From NCBI RefSeq assembly GCF_023055435.1, contig NW_025963791.1, forward strand, positions 17,298,001-17,362,000: a stretch of DNA of 64,000 nucleotides, read 5' to 3'. The position numbers were made by a program, and so were the translations under genes. The notes under the pieces were generated by a model, which saw only the letters and a list, made by a program, of their open reading frames with translations, had not been told where the DNA came from and did not search any database. The DNA comes from Haliotis rufescens (taxonomy: Eukaryota). Each line of letters starts with the position of its first letter. Within the stretch, counting starts at the first letter, position 1. Positions 1 through 14,300 of the stretch are shown one piece after another.

Positions 1-261
1 CTCAAGGGGATACAGATGCAATGTGACATGTTCGATCCTTAGGAATATAAGCAACATTTGTCATTTTATTTTACATATCATTACACATTACAAATTAATA
101 TGAACGGAAGTTGAAATAATAAAATACCCGGGATATTATAACCCATAATAGAGCAAATATGCCTGGAATATCCTATAAAATCCCAGGGATATTATATACA
201 ATCCTGCGGACCTCATAACATCCCTGTTTATGAGATTTAACCTGACTGGAGAACAAAAGGA

Positions 262-737
262 TGACGTCACTGGGGGTTTATAATGGGGGATGGAGAATGG
301 GGGTTTATAATGGGGGATGGAGAATGGGGGGTTATAATGGGGGATGGAGAAAGGGGGTTTATAATAGGGGATGGGGAATGGGGGTTTATAATGGGGGATG
401 GAGAATGGGGGTTTGTAATGGGGGATGGAGAATGGGGGTTTATAATAGGGGATGGGGAATGGGGGTTTATAATGGGGGATGGAGAATGGGGGTTTATAAT
501 AGGGGATGGGGAATGGGGGTTTATAATGGGGGATGGAGAATGGGGGTTTTTAATGGGGGAGGGAGAATGGGGGTTTGTAATGGGGGATGGAAAATGGGGG
601 TTTCTAATGGGGAATGGAGAATGGGGGTTTGTAATGGGGGATGAAGAATGGGGGTTTGTGATGGGGGATGAAGAATGGGGGTTTGTAATGGGGGATGAAG
701 AATGGGGGTTTCTAATGGGGGATGGGGAATGGGGGTA
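262..737 (+). repeat. G-rich 27-bp minisatellite, about 17 copies
   Basis: Unit atgggggtttataatgggggatggaga; explains the repetitive ORFs at 261-782. Confidence 0.95.
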
Positions 738-1399
738 TGACATTTTATGTAAGGTATGACAATAACAGGGATAACAGAACATAAGTCAAATAAGGCTCAG
801 AAATAAAAAAACAATTACTCAGTACAAAAGAAATATAATTACGCTGTGGAATGACACTATTCATTTAGATGTCACAAGTTTGGAGGCAGGTGGCAGAGCT
901 TAAAGTATAGTTGCTTACACATACATGAATCCTACATATGTTTCACTATATAAGCACAAAGGTGGTACTACATTAATATTTGATTATGAGAACAGCCTAC
1001 TATTATAGAGTTAAGGATTGACTGTATTTTTTTTGGTTCATTGAGGTATGAATAGAAAAACCGATGTGCAAACTGTATGAATCTGTGTACAGTTTTATTA
1101 TTTAATCATTTACAAATGAACTCATTAAAGGCAAGTATTATAGCTGTTTTGACAATTAACCGTATTTCCTAGATGGGACTCAACACCAAAAAGTTCTGGA
1201 ATTTGTACTTTACTGAGAAAGTCTTATCTCTAAGTAGCACTTGTTACAGTTGATCACTTTCTTAAAGGTATAGTGTGTATTCATAAAAGTAATTAATTGA
1301 AGCTTGCAATAGTTAAAGTTTGGTTGAACCTAAAATAATTATATTTCCACTCTTTCATCCACGAAATATAATATTAGTTTTAGTTAACCTTGAAATAAT

Positions 1400-2130
1400 T
1401 ATCGCGTAACACATTAAGAGTAAAGTCATCTACCGTGGAGGTCACTCTACCGAAGAAACAATTTCGCTTTCTGTTCGTCTCCCTTTACACGTGTGAAATC
1501 GATATGGGTCACGATGACACAGGTGCGCCGGATGTGCGCCTCGCTTTGGCTGTAAACATGACAGGCCATCGAAATGGAGTGTGACACCTCGGTGACTTGG
1601 ATGTATTGTGTTTTCAGTGATAATCCATAAGGTAAAACTGTTTGTAAGTTATACAAACTTGAATTTGAATACTCGTATTTTCAAACTATCCAACAGGATC
1701 GCTGGTAAGTTCTCTGGCGCTTTCCTTGACGTGGAGCGCGATCTAAAACTTAGTGGAACAGTCTCAGCTGTGGACTTGCCCCAGAAAGTGTTATTCCGAT
1801 GCTTGATTGATATTGTGAATTAATTATGACTGTGTTCCTAAACATTTCAGCCTTTCGTTGTTTAGTAAGTTTGACTTTTTAGTGTGGGAAATCTTTTACC
1901 GTTTAACAACTCACAAATGTCACATTGCGTATTTGATGATGTTGAAAAGGCAGTGTCCTTTTAAACAAATATATTTGGAGGAGTTCGTGGTACGTTAACC
2001 ATTCAAATCACCGAGTCGTTTCTCGTGTGTAGATTATGTTAAAATTATTTTGTCCCAACGCCTATGAAGGTTCTGCATGTTATATTATTGTTATTCGAAT
2101 ATTAAAAGACCCAGTTATATTTGCGTCAAC
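1400..2130 (+). promoter_or_regulatory. CpG-retaining putative promoter / non-coding first exon region
   Basis: Dense CpGs against a depleted background; E-box CACGTG near 1488; donor-like CTG|gtaagt near 1704 and AAG|gtaaaa near 1631. The + strand looks T/G-skewed downstream. Confidence 0.5.
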
Positions 2131-3237
2131 ATTAAAATTACGAATATATTTTAGGTAAGCATGTTAAAAAGAATTGAAGTAATTTTGTATTTTGATGGGG
2201 CTGATAGGCCTATAAGTCCATTAAATTAGAGCTGTCTTAATCTTGGATGGAATAGTTATAGAAATGGAATATCTGCTATCAACCACAGGTTAAATCAGGT
2301 CCATATATGATTGCTTCAAGACTGTCATATATATGACTGTAGCATTGATGACAAGAGGAAATACCATTAACTCACTTCTGTACTGTTATGATGCTGTTCC
2401 ATTGTATTATTCATAATTTTGAAATAGCTTTTTCATTCAAAGAATGTTCATTGTTATGTATGAAAATATTGATAGGTAATGAATCAGTTGATGATCTAAT
2501 TATAAATGTGTAAAAATTGACAGAGTTCATCATCCTTTTAAGGTAGATGCCTCTTTGAAAACAACCCACCATCAAATGATATATTGGTATGGAGAATATA
2601 GAAGCAAATTCATGCTGTTGTAAAAAATGTTCAATATAAGATAGATCCATGCAGCAACATCACATCATATAGATCTATATAACAAAATGAATATACAGAA
2701 AACAACGTAATAAACATTGTGATAAAACCTAAGATATTCATAGACAATTTGCAAGAGATGGTTTCCACAATCTGAAAGTCAATGAGGTGTTTATTGGGGA
2801 TTGTTAACCAGTGTTCATATGATGCTTATTGGCAATTGTTTTTGTATATATACTAGAGGAGAATGTCTGGAGTAGATAAATGAGACCAGTGTATATCAGG
2901 GAGATCAGTGAGTAGTATATGGCCCCTTCTTCTAATAGTTGTTTAGGGTGCCTCAAGACAAGTGTTGGTTGGTATGTAGTGAATTACTATTTTCCAATTT
3001 TTTTTTTTAAAGTTTTTGGTTTTGGTTGGTTATTTTCATTGTCATTTTAGTTAAACAAGCTTATTGTGACACTTATTCCTAATGAATATGCCAATAACTT
3101 GATACATATATATATGCCTTGTTTGAAATTAAGAATAAAAGTATTGGATCCTTTTCATAGCCTGAACATATAAAATCAAAGTTTTGTTCAATTAGATTCA
3201 ATTGTTTCTTGGGTATTTCTTAAAAGTTGTGGGAAGA

Positions 3238-3394
3238 GTGAGTATGGTTTAACGCTGTTTTTAGCAATATTTCAGCAATATCACGGCGGGGGACACCAGA
3301 AATGGGCTTCACACATTGTACCCAGGTCGGGAATCGAAACCGGTCTTCGGCGTGACGCGTGAACGCTTTAACCACTAGGCTACCCCACTGCCCC
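3238..3394 (-). mobile_element. tRNA-derived SINE, family A, full length
   Basis: A box TAGCCTAGTGG, B box TTTCGATTCC, ACTC tail, 13-bp TSD agttgtgggaaga. Confidence 0.9.
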
Positions 3395-4166
3395 AGTTGT
3401 GGGAAGACGAAGCAGACACAATTTATATACAGTTTCCTCAATGTACTGAAGTTCTTATCCATAAATTGGGTCTAGATAACAGAAATTCAACACTCAATCA
3501 GCAAACCCGAATGACTGTTAATTTCTATCACTTCAGACATGACATATGAACTGTTGTGTCACAACTCCATGATAGGTCTGCTGGGTTACCTGTTACCAAA
3601 TGTTTACTGTGTGGCATATTGGAGATTGTATGTGGTGGATGAACACATTCAGATCGGCCCCCCCCACCCCCGGCACAGCTCTCCTGACATAATGGCCAGC
3701 TTAAACTAATCAGTGTGGTGGGTCAGGCAGCTTACTGTAAGTTACTGCTGCAACTAATTAGCAACTCTCCAGGGTGTATAGGGGATGTGTATTGACTGCA
3801 GGTTGCACTAGACGGTTGATATATGCAGTTGACAGCGTACACAGGAGTGTCGGACCGCATGAGAGACAAACCAATTTTTGTACCGAATTATAGAAAAACA
3901 CCACAATGTGTGCAGTGCTAGGCTGTAGACACATACTCTAATCTCTCTTCACAGTTTCTACAGTACTGCGGACAACTGCCTATAGATATATTTGTAAGAT
4001 ATGTATGTAAGACAACAGTGTTGATATTTATTTGTTTTTCTATTTAGTTTTTAAGTAGTTAGTAAAATACTCTTTGCTTGATAGTATGTTTATAATAGTA
4101 AGTTCTGCTATTTTTTTAGATGCTTTTTGAAGAACTTAAGTTTTACTTATAATTGTGCTTGTCATT

Positions 4167-4755
4167 CAGGTTATCTATGGCACAAACCTGAGTCCATCTT
4201 AACAAATTAACGTTAGCTCTAACCCAAGTCCATCTTAACAGATTAACGGTAGTTCTAACCCAAGTCCATCTTAACAGGTTAACTGTAACACAAAAACAGG
4301 TCCATCTTACCAGATTAACGGTAGCTCTAACCCAAGTCCATCTTAACAAGTTAGGGTAGCTCTAACCCAAGTCCATCTTAATAGGTTAACTAAAACACAA
4401 AAACAGGTCCATCGTACCAGGTTAGCTGTAGCTCAAATGCAGGTCCATCTTAACAGGTTAATGGCAGTTCTAACCCAAGTCCATCTTAACAGGTTAACTA
4501 TAACACAAAAACAGGTCCATCTTACCAGGTTAGCGGTAGCTCAAACGCAGGTCCATCTTAACAGGTTAATGGCAGTTCTAACCCAAGTCCATCTTAACAG
4601 GTTAATGGCAGCTCTAACCCTAATCCATCTTCACAGGTTAACTATAACACAAACCCAGGTCCATCTTACCAGGTTAGCGGTAGCTCAAACCCAGGTCCAT
4701 TTTTACAGGTTAACCATGGCACAAACCTGAGTCCATCTTAACAGGTTAACTTTGG
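4167..4755. repeat. 36-bp minisatellite, about 16 copies
   Basis: Unit approximately caggttaac...aacccaagtccatcttaa. Confidence 0.92.
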
Positions 4756-5194
4756 GACAATCTGTACAATATATATATAAAGCTAAACAAAACACACAAA
4801 GAAATATCATCAAGATATTTGAACTAGCCTCCCTTTATAAGCTGGCAGTGTTGCTATGACAGCTCTGCATACAAAGGGACAGCAGATAAAGTTGGGTTGG
4901 AATATGAACGTTCTGGCAACCTACAGAATGTTAGTGTACATTTTTGACAACTGGTGACTGAGTGGCTAAAATAGAAGCAGTGCACTCATGTTCCAGCTCT
5001 TCCATGTATTGATTATGGCACCATGCTCTGTGTCATGCTGCACTTTCTCTCTATCTCAACTTGGTCTGCGCCTGTGAAGTACTTTTGTGATAGAAATACT
5101 ACAGAAGATTCAGCAAGGCAGTGCAGACATATGCTCTCTTTTATGGTTCTGGACGTGTTGGAGTTGTTCATCTCATGTATTATACATTCTTACA

Positions 5195-5580
5195 CAATTG
5201 TTTTCCATTTATGCTTCTTCTTACATTGTGACTCAACAATGCTCAAGTAATGCTTCCTTCTTACATTGTCTCATCTAATGCTTTCTTCTTACATTATGAC
5301 TCAACAATGCTCAAGTAATGCTTCCTTCTTACATTGTTTCATCTAATGCTTTCTCCTTACATTGTGACACAACAATGCTCATGTAATGCTTTCTTCTTAC
5401 ATTGTGACTCAACAATGCTCATCTAATGCTTTCTTCTTACATTGTGACTCAACAGTGCTCATTTAATGCTTTCTTGTCACATTGTGACTCAACAGTGCTC
5501 AAGTAATGATTCCTTCTCGCATTGTGGTTCAGTAATGCTTCTTTGTCATTATGGCTCAAGTAATGCCTTCTTCTCTTACC
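5195..5580. repeat. 40-bp minisatellite with shorter deleted units
   Basis: Unit taatgctttcttcttacattgtgactcaacaatgctcatc. Confidence 0.9.
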
Positions 5581-5916
5581 GAAGTAATTCTTTATTTGTT
5601 TTTCTTGTGTCTGTATCTTCATAACAGGAAATGATGGAAGATTTGTGTGATAACAGATTCTCATGGCTGCAGGAATGTAATGTCTAACCTGCTTGACTCG
5701 TAACGAGCTTGCAAGACCGTAAATATTTCCATAAATCCATAAGAAACTGAAATCAATTTTCAAACAATTGTTTTGACACCTTATTTTTGTACCCTGAGAT
5801 GTCATTCTCTTTCCATTTGTCTCTCTGTCAGTGTTGGCGTAAAGTTATGATATATCCATTGGTTGGTCAAATATAGGCTTGTTAATACCTGTTATCCCTA
5901 GCTATTCAAGGAATCT

Positions 5917-6099
5917 GTCTTCAGAAACCCATGTGACTAATGGGATCAGGTGATCAGGCTCACTGACTTGGTTAATGCATGTCATCAAATCCCAATTGTG
6001 TAGATCGATGCTCATGATGTCAATCACTGGACCCTTTCTTACAGACCGCCATCATACAGCTGGAATATTGCTGAATGTTGTGTTAAACAACAATCAAAC
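5917..6099 (+). mobile_element. Family B retroposon, degraded copy
   Basis: Aligns to 42577-42844 with internal deletions. Confidence 0.8.
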
Positions 6100-6725
6100 G
6101 TATTCATGTCCATGAAGCTACCAACACAGAACTGGATGTGTATATGTGTCAAGGTGTCTGACTGTTTTTATGTGTTATAACCATGCATAAGATAACTATG
6201 CTATTCAGTAAGCCAAGGTAGAGAAAATTAATTTTGGACTAAATTTAGAGGCTCACAATCATCTTCTTTGTTGTAGCAATTTCATTATCATCAATAGCAA
6301 TTTTGTTGTTTATCACGGAAGTTATTCTTATTTATGTTATCTTTCTCACAGTCAGATAATTTTATGAAACTACACATGTTTATATTCATGTTTTCCTTGT
6401 AAAAAACAAATCAGAGCTAAAAAAACATGATACAAAAATGAATAAGGATGTTTTCAAAGCAGGACAGATGTGATCTTAGGGTTTAGTTGTGATTTTGAAG
6501 CAACTAGCTTAAAATATATACATTACTATCCAGTTTACTATCCAAAATCTTATTATGCTCATGAGTAAGCTGGTCTGAACTTGTCAATCTGCTTGTTTTT
6601 AAGTAGATTTTACTCCTCAAGTATGGGTTGTCATGATTAGATGACTTGAGTAGACTGAATGAAGTTCTACTAGAATACTACAATTCTAACCAGCAACCAT
6701 TGAATAACTGAGTTATATTATGATA

Positions 6726-6991
6726 CCGTAAACTACGGTTGTAACAAACTCCAAGGGACCACTAATTTTAGTTTGTAATAACCGTAGTTCGTTATAAGCA
6801 TATACTGTATTTTCTTGAGTATAGTGCGCATCCAAGTATAATGCGCACCCCCCTCTAGCGAATTAGGTATTTGGGCAAATTTTTTTTTTCGAATATACAG
6901 CATATATACAACAAATGGCTGGGACTAAAAAATAAGTTCATTACATTGGTCAGTTCGATTTAAATGTGTTCGTTATAAACATAGTTTATTG
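6726..6991. mobile_element. Tc1/mariner-pogo type MITE with a second MITE end nested at about 6805-6890
   Basis: Imperfect TIRs CCGTAAACTACGGTTGTAACAAAC / GTTCGTTATAAACATAGTTTATTG, flanked by TA on both sides. Confidence 0.7.
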
Positions 6992-8007
6992 TAGTTTAGT
7001 TTAAGCTGATATCGTCTTGCATGTATGTGTATTAAGTAGACCTTCTCAGTGTGTTCTTGCAGAGCTTGAAGAAATCGTCTGTTCACCACTAAGCCCCTTG
7101 TTAACATATTCTTTATGAAGTCCATTGGGCCTAAATGCTTCCAGGGTTTTAAGCTATAATAGCTCAGTGTCCATCACAATGGTCAAGGAGCCCAGTCAAA
7201 GAGACCTGCCTGGCTTGTGTTATTTGATAGACGCCTTGACGGGCAGGAGAGACATCCTCACTGAAGTCTTTGTGTCTTCATGCCACAGACAATTGCTCAA
7301 ATCAGCTTCTAGTATTGTTTTCCCCATCTCCATGGTTACAGGGGAGATTATTAGAATAGGATTACTCTCCTCTGTGGTATCCCTTGTGCTTGACCTTTGG
7401 CCTTGCTGCCTACACGAACATCAAGTGATGTTTTGGAGTTACATCCATGTTGTTTTTGCTTGATGAGATTTTGTCGATGCTGGTGTTATGAATAGGGGTT
7501 TTGCTGGTTTGTGACTAAGGTAATTTCGAGGTGAAATGTTTTGTACAAAACAATCAGTTTGTTTTGCTTCATGTTTAGCATCCTTGATTAGTGTCAGCTG
7601 CTTTAGTGAAGGATCTTACGGAACCAGGAACTCAAGGGCTTGCATGGCCTTGAGTGCATTCAGAATTGATTTCAGAAAATGAATCTGGGATGTTTTCATG
7701 ACAGACTTACTCCGTTGAATAATTGAGTTAAAACATGGTTAAGAAATAACTGCTGATCTCAAAGACGAAATATTAGTAGTTCTTAAGATGATGATGGCAC
7801 CAGTGATATTGCTGGAATATTACTGACTGTGGTATGTATAAAACAATATTCCTTCACTCATAGGCAGAGATGTCTATAGCACTGTCCCCCTTATCCGAGC
7901 AAGTTTGCTGTATCCTGAGGTGTATACAGAATGATCAGCTTGTAAGGGATTGTATCTATATCTTGTAATTATTTCAGTGTCAACTTGATTTCTGTCCTTT
8001 GGCCTTT

Positions 8008-8150
8008 GGAAGCCCATTGGTTAAAACATGGCTTGTCACACTGAAGACTTGAGTTTGATTCCCCACGTGGGTACAATGTGAAGACAATTCTTGGCGTACC
8101 TTGTCTTGATATGGCTGGAATATTGCTAAAAGCATAGTGAAACCAATCTC
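8008..8150 (+). mobile_element. Family A SINE, degraded
   Basis: Matches the reverse complement of 3238-3394. Confidence 0.75.
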
Positions 8151-10982
8151 AAGCGATTCCCTGCTATTTGACCTATAGGCGATATCACTCAATACGGTGC
8201 ATGCCATTATCTGGGTGTACAGTTATGGTGTTATCACCATCTATCACTGACACGATCTCCAGGGCAAGCAGTAGCTGTGTCAGTCGATGTCTGTGTCAGT
8301 CCAGCTGTATAACAGGTGATACAGTGATGTAGAAGTAAATTCTCAGTCAATTCTCTTGACTTTGATGTCTCGTATGATTGAGTGTATTTTGTGTATGAAA
8401 ATATGCTAGAGCAGTTATAGTCTCATGCAAGTAGTCTTGAGTGTAAGGCATATGAATACTAGTATGTGGCCTGATTTATCATGTTTATTAACCTTTAGCC
8501 TGCTGAATTGTTTTCTCTCTTCTTAGCCCTGCCTGCTGGATTAATTTTAGCATAAGGCGCTTGAAAGAGGGTGTTGTGATTTCAAACGGTCGGGGCTTCA
8601 TTAAACAAGGGACATTTAAACCAATATTTTGCTCATTAATATCTGATAAAAAAATTCACTGGAGGGCTGCATGCATTTTTGTACTACAAATTTGTCACTT
8701 TTTAAAAAAAACCTAAATAATTTATGATAAAATTATGTTTGCACAATTTCTTTAGGTTGGTCCTGTATTTTTGTTTTTGTCAGCTGCCTGAGAATTGTCA
8801 AAGTTCTTGTGGAAGATAATTTTTTTGCTTCAGCCTGAAATATTACTGATGCGAGGTTAATACTGACTGTCTGTCCTACCATAATTGATCTGTGTATGAT
8901 ACATAGCATATCAACTTTCAAGGAAAGATCTGAAAATGTTTGTATCAGTTTGGAGCTCGATGAATCAGGATGAGAAACTATTGATTGATGAATCATTTAC
9001 TCTTTTGTATTTTACCCAAAATTGTGCAATGATATATTTTTTAATTTGTTTGGAGCCTTTTGGGAGTGTGGTTATGCATCTTGAACATGGTCGAGAGCTT
9101 TGTGTTCGTGCTTACTGGGAATATCTCCTGCAAATATATACGCAACAGATAATTCAGTTGGAAACATGGCTAACTCGTGCATGAAATCAATTTGCATATA
9201 AAGCTTTAGGACTTCTCTGTTGAGAATATGGTCTTGACTTTAGACATTTATCTTCATTTAATGATTAGATGTGTTGATATTTTGCTTGAAATTCCAAGAA
9301 AAGTCTCCATGGGTTTTAGTTTAAAATGTTTGAACAAAACTAAAAAAATCACCTTTGAGTCATTTGGAATGCATGGCATTTGTTAGGATATAATGTAATT
9401 AACTAAATAAAGACATCCAGAGTTGCTGCAAGGTTTTATTGATGATGCATATGAATGAAATAGCATTAATAATAATGTTTGAAATTGCAACCCTGAAAAT
9501 TGCTGCAATGATGTATGCATGGTACTGCGGCCAACTCTATGCAAAGTGCAGCGTGTATTGATGCAATGTTCCCAGCCTAACTAGCATGACATTCACAGTC
9601 TCCCATCTCTCCATCTCTCAGATACCCACAATGATGGCTGCAGACCGGTCCAGCACTTGCAGACAGCGCCTAGCTTCGTACCAGGATGATAAGGCCTCTG
9701 ACCACTTCACTGCAGCAGTCTTCATGTAATGTGCTGCTTCGTATGATGCCATTTTTTACAAGGATTATTGGATATTACAATCGCGGAAAATGTGTCATGT
9801 GTTTCATTTGTGGGACGGCAGTCTCTCGCTGTGGAAGATGATCCGGATTACGTAAGCTGTGTGGAATAATTGATGATTTGTACGCCAGGACTTAATGAAG
9901 ATAACTATGCCTAACGGGATGAGTGCTTGATTTCTATGATGTAGGATTTTTTGCGGAGGACTTGGTGACTAGACAGCCAGTAACAATGTCGTCGTATGGA
10001 GACAGGCAGTTTATTCTCTGTCTGAAGAAACATCCTTATCAAAGGAATGAACAGGTACTGTATTGAATATTTAAGACTCAATTTCTGATGACACTCCAGA
10101 ACACATTTATGCACACTGATTTACACGTTATATAACCTGCTTTGTCAAAGATGGAAACAATTTTGAATTGAAGGGTTTTCTGATATTTATTATCATTATG
10201 ATGCTACTCGGGTTTTTTTGGTTTTGAAACAGAAATATAAAAAAATAATTTTCCTGACAGTAGTTATTCTTAATCATCTGTTGTTAGGTTAACAAACTTG
10301 CTGATTTAAAAAGAAATGATATTAATTGCAGTGTGATATAATTGTAATTAAAGATGTATTAATATTAGCCTGAAGAAGATAGTGTAGAAGTAAGGATGTT
10401 TTCAAGATACAAATGCTGAAGATGTGAATTGGATAAACCATATATTGTTGATCCTGTTGAAATGTTATATTCTGGAAACTGATAGGCCACTATGCTATGT
10501 TAGGTCTGTAATGAGTATACAGGTTTGCAAATATTTTGAAATAATGATTGAAACAAAAGAGAGGAATACATGCTAGAGCTGGGTGATTACGGCAAGCAGT
10601 GTGGGTATCGTGTATATCTCCCTTGGGGGTCTCAGCTGTTGGTGTTCATGCTGTGATCAACACTATCTGTATCAGATCAGTAGCAGGCACTGCTACCTGT
10701 AGACACTTCTCTCCTTGTTTTTCTATGTCTGGGTGAAATATTATGCTGTTGCATGCAAATTCAGCCTTTGAAATAACCCAATTGGGATATTCCCAGGAGT
10801 GGAGGACTACAATTAGGGCAGTAGAGTGGTTCTGGGTCTCCTCCAGACATGGAACTACAAATTGAATTACACTACCAGGATGCACGTTTCGATGTTGCTT
10901 TCCTGTAATTTGTCCTGATGTGTTAATCTTTCTTTTGGGACGAACCATCAAAATGCTACCCTGTTTTCAGAAAGTCATATTA

Positions 10983-11316
10983 CTGTATTCAACGTAATAA
11001 GCGCCCAGCTCTAATAAGCGCCCACGGCGATATTTGCTAATATATTGGCTAGTGAACAATCCCAATTAGCACCCCTTCCGATTGATCAATGTGCACAAGA
11101 CTTATTTATTCACGTATTAATACACGCTCATGTGTTATATTCACCTTTAATTATGGGCAATTAAATTCTGGAAAAACATATCTGTCGTATATAAACATTT
11201 CAGGCAGTCAGCATAAACCACGAAATTTATCTTTTTTTCACCAAAATAATATTCTGATAAGAGCCCCCTATTTCAAATTTTGAGAGTGCCCTGGGCGCTT
11301 ATTACGTCGAATACGG
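10983..11316. mobile_element. pogo/Tc1-like MITE
   Basis: About 26-bp TIRs CTGTATTCAACGTAATAAGCGCCCAG / CTGGGCGCTTATTACGTCGAATACGG; TA TSD. Confidence 0.9.
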
Positions 11317-11732
11317 TAACAAAAATAGGGCAGTGTATCGTAACCATAGTCACGGTACAATATAGCCTGATACCTTTTTAATTTTCTGTGGCTATATGTT
11401 GTTGGACTATTGCAGGTGCAACATTAAATTTCAACTCACATTCTCACATTTTTTTCTTCCAATGTGATAAATTGCTTTGGGGATTGCGATAAAATGTGTT
11501 TAATTATTACTGGGTGCCAATACATTTGTCAGAGTACATGCTGATTGTGATAGAAATGATATGAACAAGAGTAGACAGAAAGACGTTACTTGAAAAACAA
11601 GAACTTGTCAAGAAAATGTTGAGAAAAGACTGAGTGTTTTACTTTTTGGGGTTGGAGTCACACAAGAAATGTTGCTCATTATCGTTTGTTCATTTTGTCG
11701 TGTTTTGTTCATCTGATGTCAGGTCTTCATTT

Positions 11733-11868
11733 ATATACTACTATAAAGAAGTTAAAGAATGCCCCATTTTCATGTGGCTATAGCCATGGTCATGACAGAT
11801 AAACTATAGTCATTAACTATGGTCAGATAAACAAATCAGGTGTTCTTTAACTTCCTTTGACTAGTATA
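11733..11868. mobile_element. Short inverted-repeat element (Tc1-like mini-MITE)
   Basis: aaagaagttaaagaatgcccc pairs imperfectly with ggtgttctttaacttccttt; TA-rich ends. Confidence 0.55.
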
Positions 11869-14054
11869 AACAGGGATCTGCTCAGATGCCGATGTTCGGC
11901 CACAAGTCTGCAGCAAATGAAAGTAAAAATTTCCAATTTGAATGAATTTGTTTTATTTCCACAGAATTTACGAAAATATGAACAGTAAAAAACATCCAAT
12001 TTTGAATAAAATCTATCAATTTTTCCCCTGAATTCCCTTGGAATTTGGCTGCCAAGGGAACTTAGTTTGAAATCTTAGATAAATTCCTGATCAAACAAGA
12101 TGCCACCAACTATCATATTATTTATTAGTTTCACCATATTTCACAGTTATTGTACATCAAATACAACTCATTCATTAATGTAAAGCATCCATCTTAAGTT
12201 CTGCTGCATGTGGGATGCAGAATTCTGCAACCTGTTTAACCCTTTTCTGAGGACGGTTACAGCGGAGTTAAGTATTTATTGCTTCTGATTGGTCTAATTA
12301 TAGATTGGTCCTGAATTTCTATTTGAGTATTTTTACTTTTCATCAATGCCATAGTTGTAAAGTCATCAGTTTGTGTATTTATTGTATCATGAAGCTTTCT
12401 TGTGTTAATACAAGATAAACGTTTAGTTAGCCATGGCAAATAGGTCCATGCTGGAGACAGGAAGGATGTTTTTGTTTTTTAAGAGATACAGATAACCCTT
12501 GTCAGTGTAAACTCAGACGGCTTCCAACTTAATGGTTATTTTTCAGTAAAATCAGCCATGTAGCTTTAAGCCAGGTAGGCCCAACTTTAGTCTGGTTGAC
12601 TTTGCGTAACAGAGTTGACTCAGATTTGAAGTCAAAATTAAAGAAACACACAAAGTCCTGAAATTCTTTTGATCATTTCTTCAAGTTTGAGGGTGCTTCT
12701 GTATTCCTTTTCAATATAGATTTCTCTGAAACCACACTAATCTGAAGATTTAGACATTTCACGTTGCTGCTTTTCTTTAAAAAGGCTGCATGTTTGAACT
12801 GTGTGTTTGTTCTGAGATTGTGGTTGGGTTTAATCCTACGAGGAAGGCTGGATCAATTTGTCTGGACATGTTAAATCTTGGTAGATGGAATTCTGAAAAT
12901 CATTAGGTCATGCTGTTTGAAGTGTGCGGCTTAAGTTGTTCACTAATTAAATTGATACTAGTGGGAATGAACTACAGAGCACACAGGGAAAAGTTGAACT
13001 GTTTCAGGAGATGGTTTGTGGAAGGGGTCCAAGGAAAATGACACCCTAGCTATAATTGACATTCCTTTGAAATAGGAACTAACTGTCATGTTTGTTTCTC
13101 AAGTTATTTCTGTCATATCTTAAACATTGGATCTCATTCGATAGTGTGAAATATTTGTGAAGTTCATATTTCAAGTTGATGTGCAGTTAAGTGTTGAAAT
13201 GGAATCGTTGCTTAGCCTGTTAGTCCCTTAGTGCCTGTTATTTAGACAGGGTTTTACATACCGAAAAAGTGTTTGTCCAGTATGCGAAATGTATGGAATG
13301 GATGGTGAAAAAGAGTGATAGATTAAGAAGTGCCTGTGGTATGTTGGTACAAATACCCTCTGATCTACATAAAAATGCTTAAGGTGGTATGAATACTCAA
13401 TGTATATGCAATGCAATGTATATGACACTTATTGCTGTATTTGTACATGTATATGGGAAATAACAGAAAAAGAAGAAGTGCCAGACCAATTATCTTCAAT
13501 ATGTCTTATGTAAATGTATCAATGTTATAAATGAAACTTGAATGAGATGTCAATTCATAGCGGTTCCAACCTGATAGGTCTGTAATGAGGATTATCAAGT
13601 TGCCGTGACCATCATGCAGATTCGGGTTTAGAATTGGTCCTGAGCAACCTATGTTGATGGAAATGAGGCAAGTTAATGGATATTATCTGGTCCAGACTTG
13701 ATTAGTTCCAGGCCACCATCACAAACACCCCTGAAAAATTTTTGTAAAAAATATTAGCTTCTATGATAAAGTTATATCATAACCTGTGCTGTGAATGACA
13801 TATACAAAGTGTGTCAGATTTACACAAGGCCTTGACATTTCCTCTTTGTACACAACTCTAAATAAGTGTCATTTAGAAACTAATTGACAATTCGTAATTA
13901 TAAAAAGTGTTCTGTAATCTGTGTTCACAGTTCTTTAATATTTGCTTATAACCAATTTGTTAAATGTTTTGAAAATCTTACATGATATTAGTGAGATTCT
14001 ACCAATGTCATATGAACCAACACTTCATGTTTATGTATATATATGACAGAGTTA

Positions 14055-14137
14055 TGACAGGTTCGATTCCCCACATGGGTACAATGTGTGAAGCCCATTT
14101 TCCGGTGTCCCCTACCATTGCTGGAATATTGCTTAAA
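14055..14137 (+). mobile_element. Family A SINE fragment running into an assembly gap
   Basis: ggttcgattccccacatgggtacaatgtgtgaagccc. Confidence 0.8.
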
Positions 14138-14300
14138 NNNNNNNNNNNNNNNNNNNNNNNNNNNNNNNNNNNNNNNNNNNNNNNNNNNNNNNNNNNNNNN
14201 NNNNNNNNNNNNNNNNNNNNNNNNNNNNNNNNNNNNNNNNNNNNNNNNNNNNNNNNNNNNNNNNNNNNNNNNNNNNNNNNNNNNNNNNNNNNNNNNNNNN
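14138..14300. other. Assembly gap (N run)
   Basis: Run of N. Confidence 1.

Noticed and set aside
261-782. Gly/Trp-rich and Pro-rich ORFs
   Set aside because: Translations of a 27-bp minisatellite that is open in several frames; no splice or homology support.
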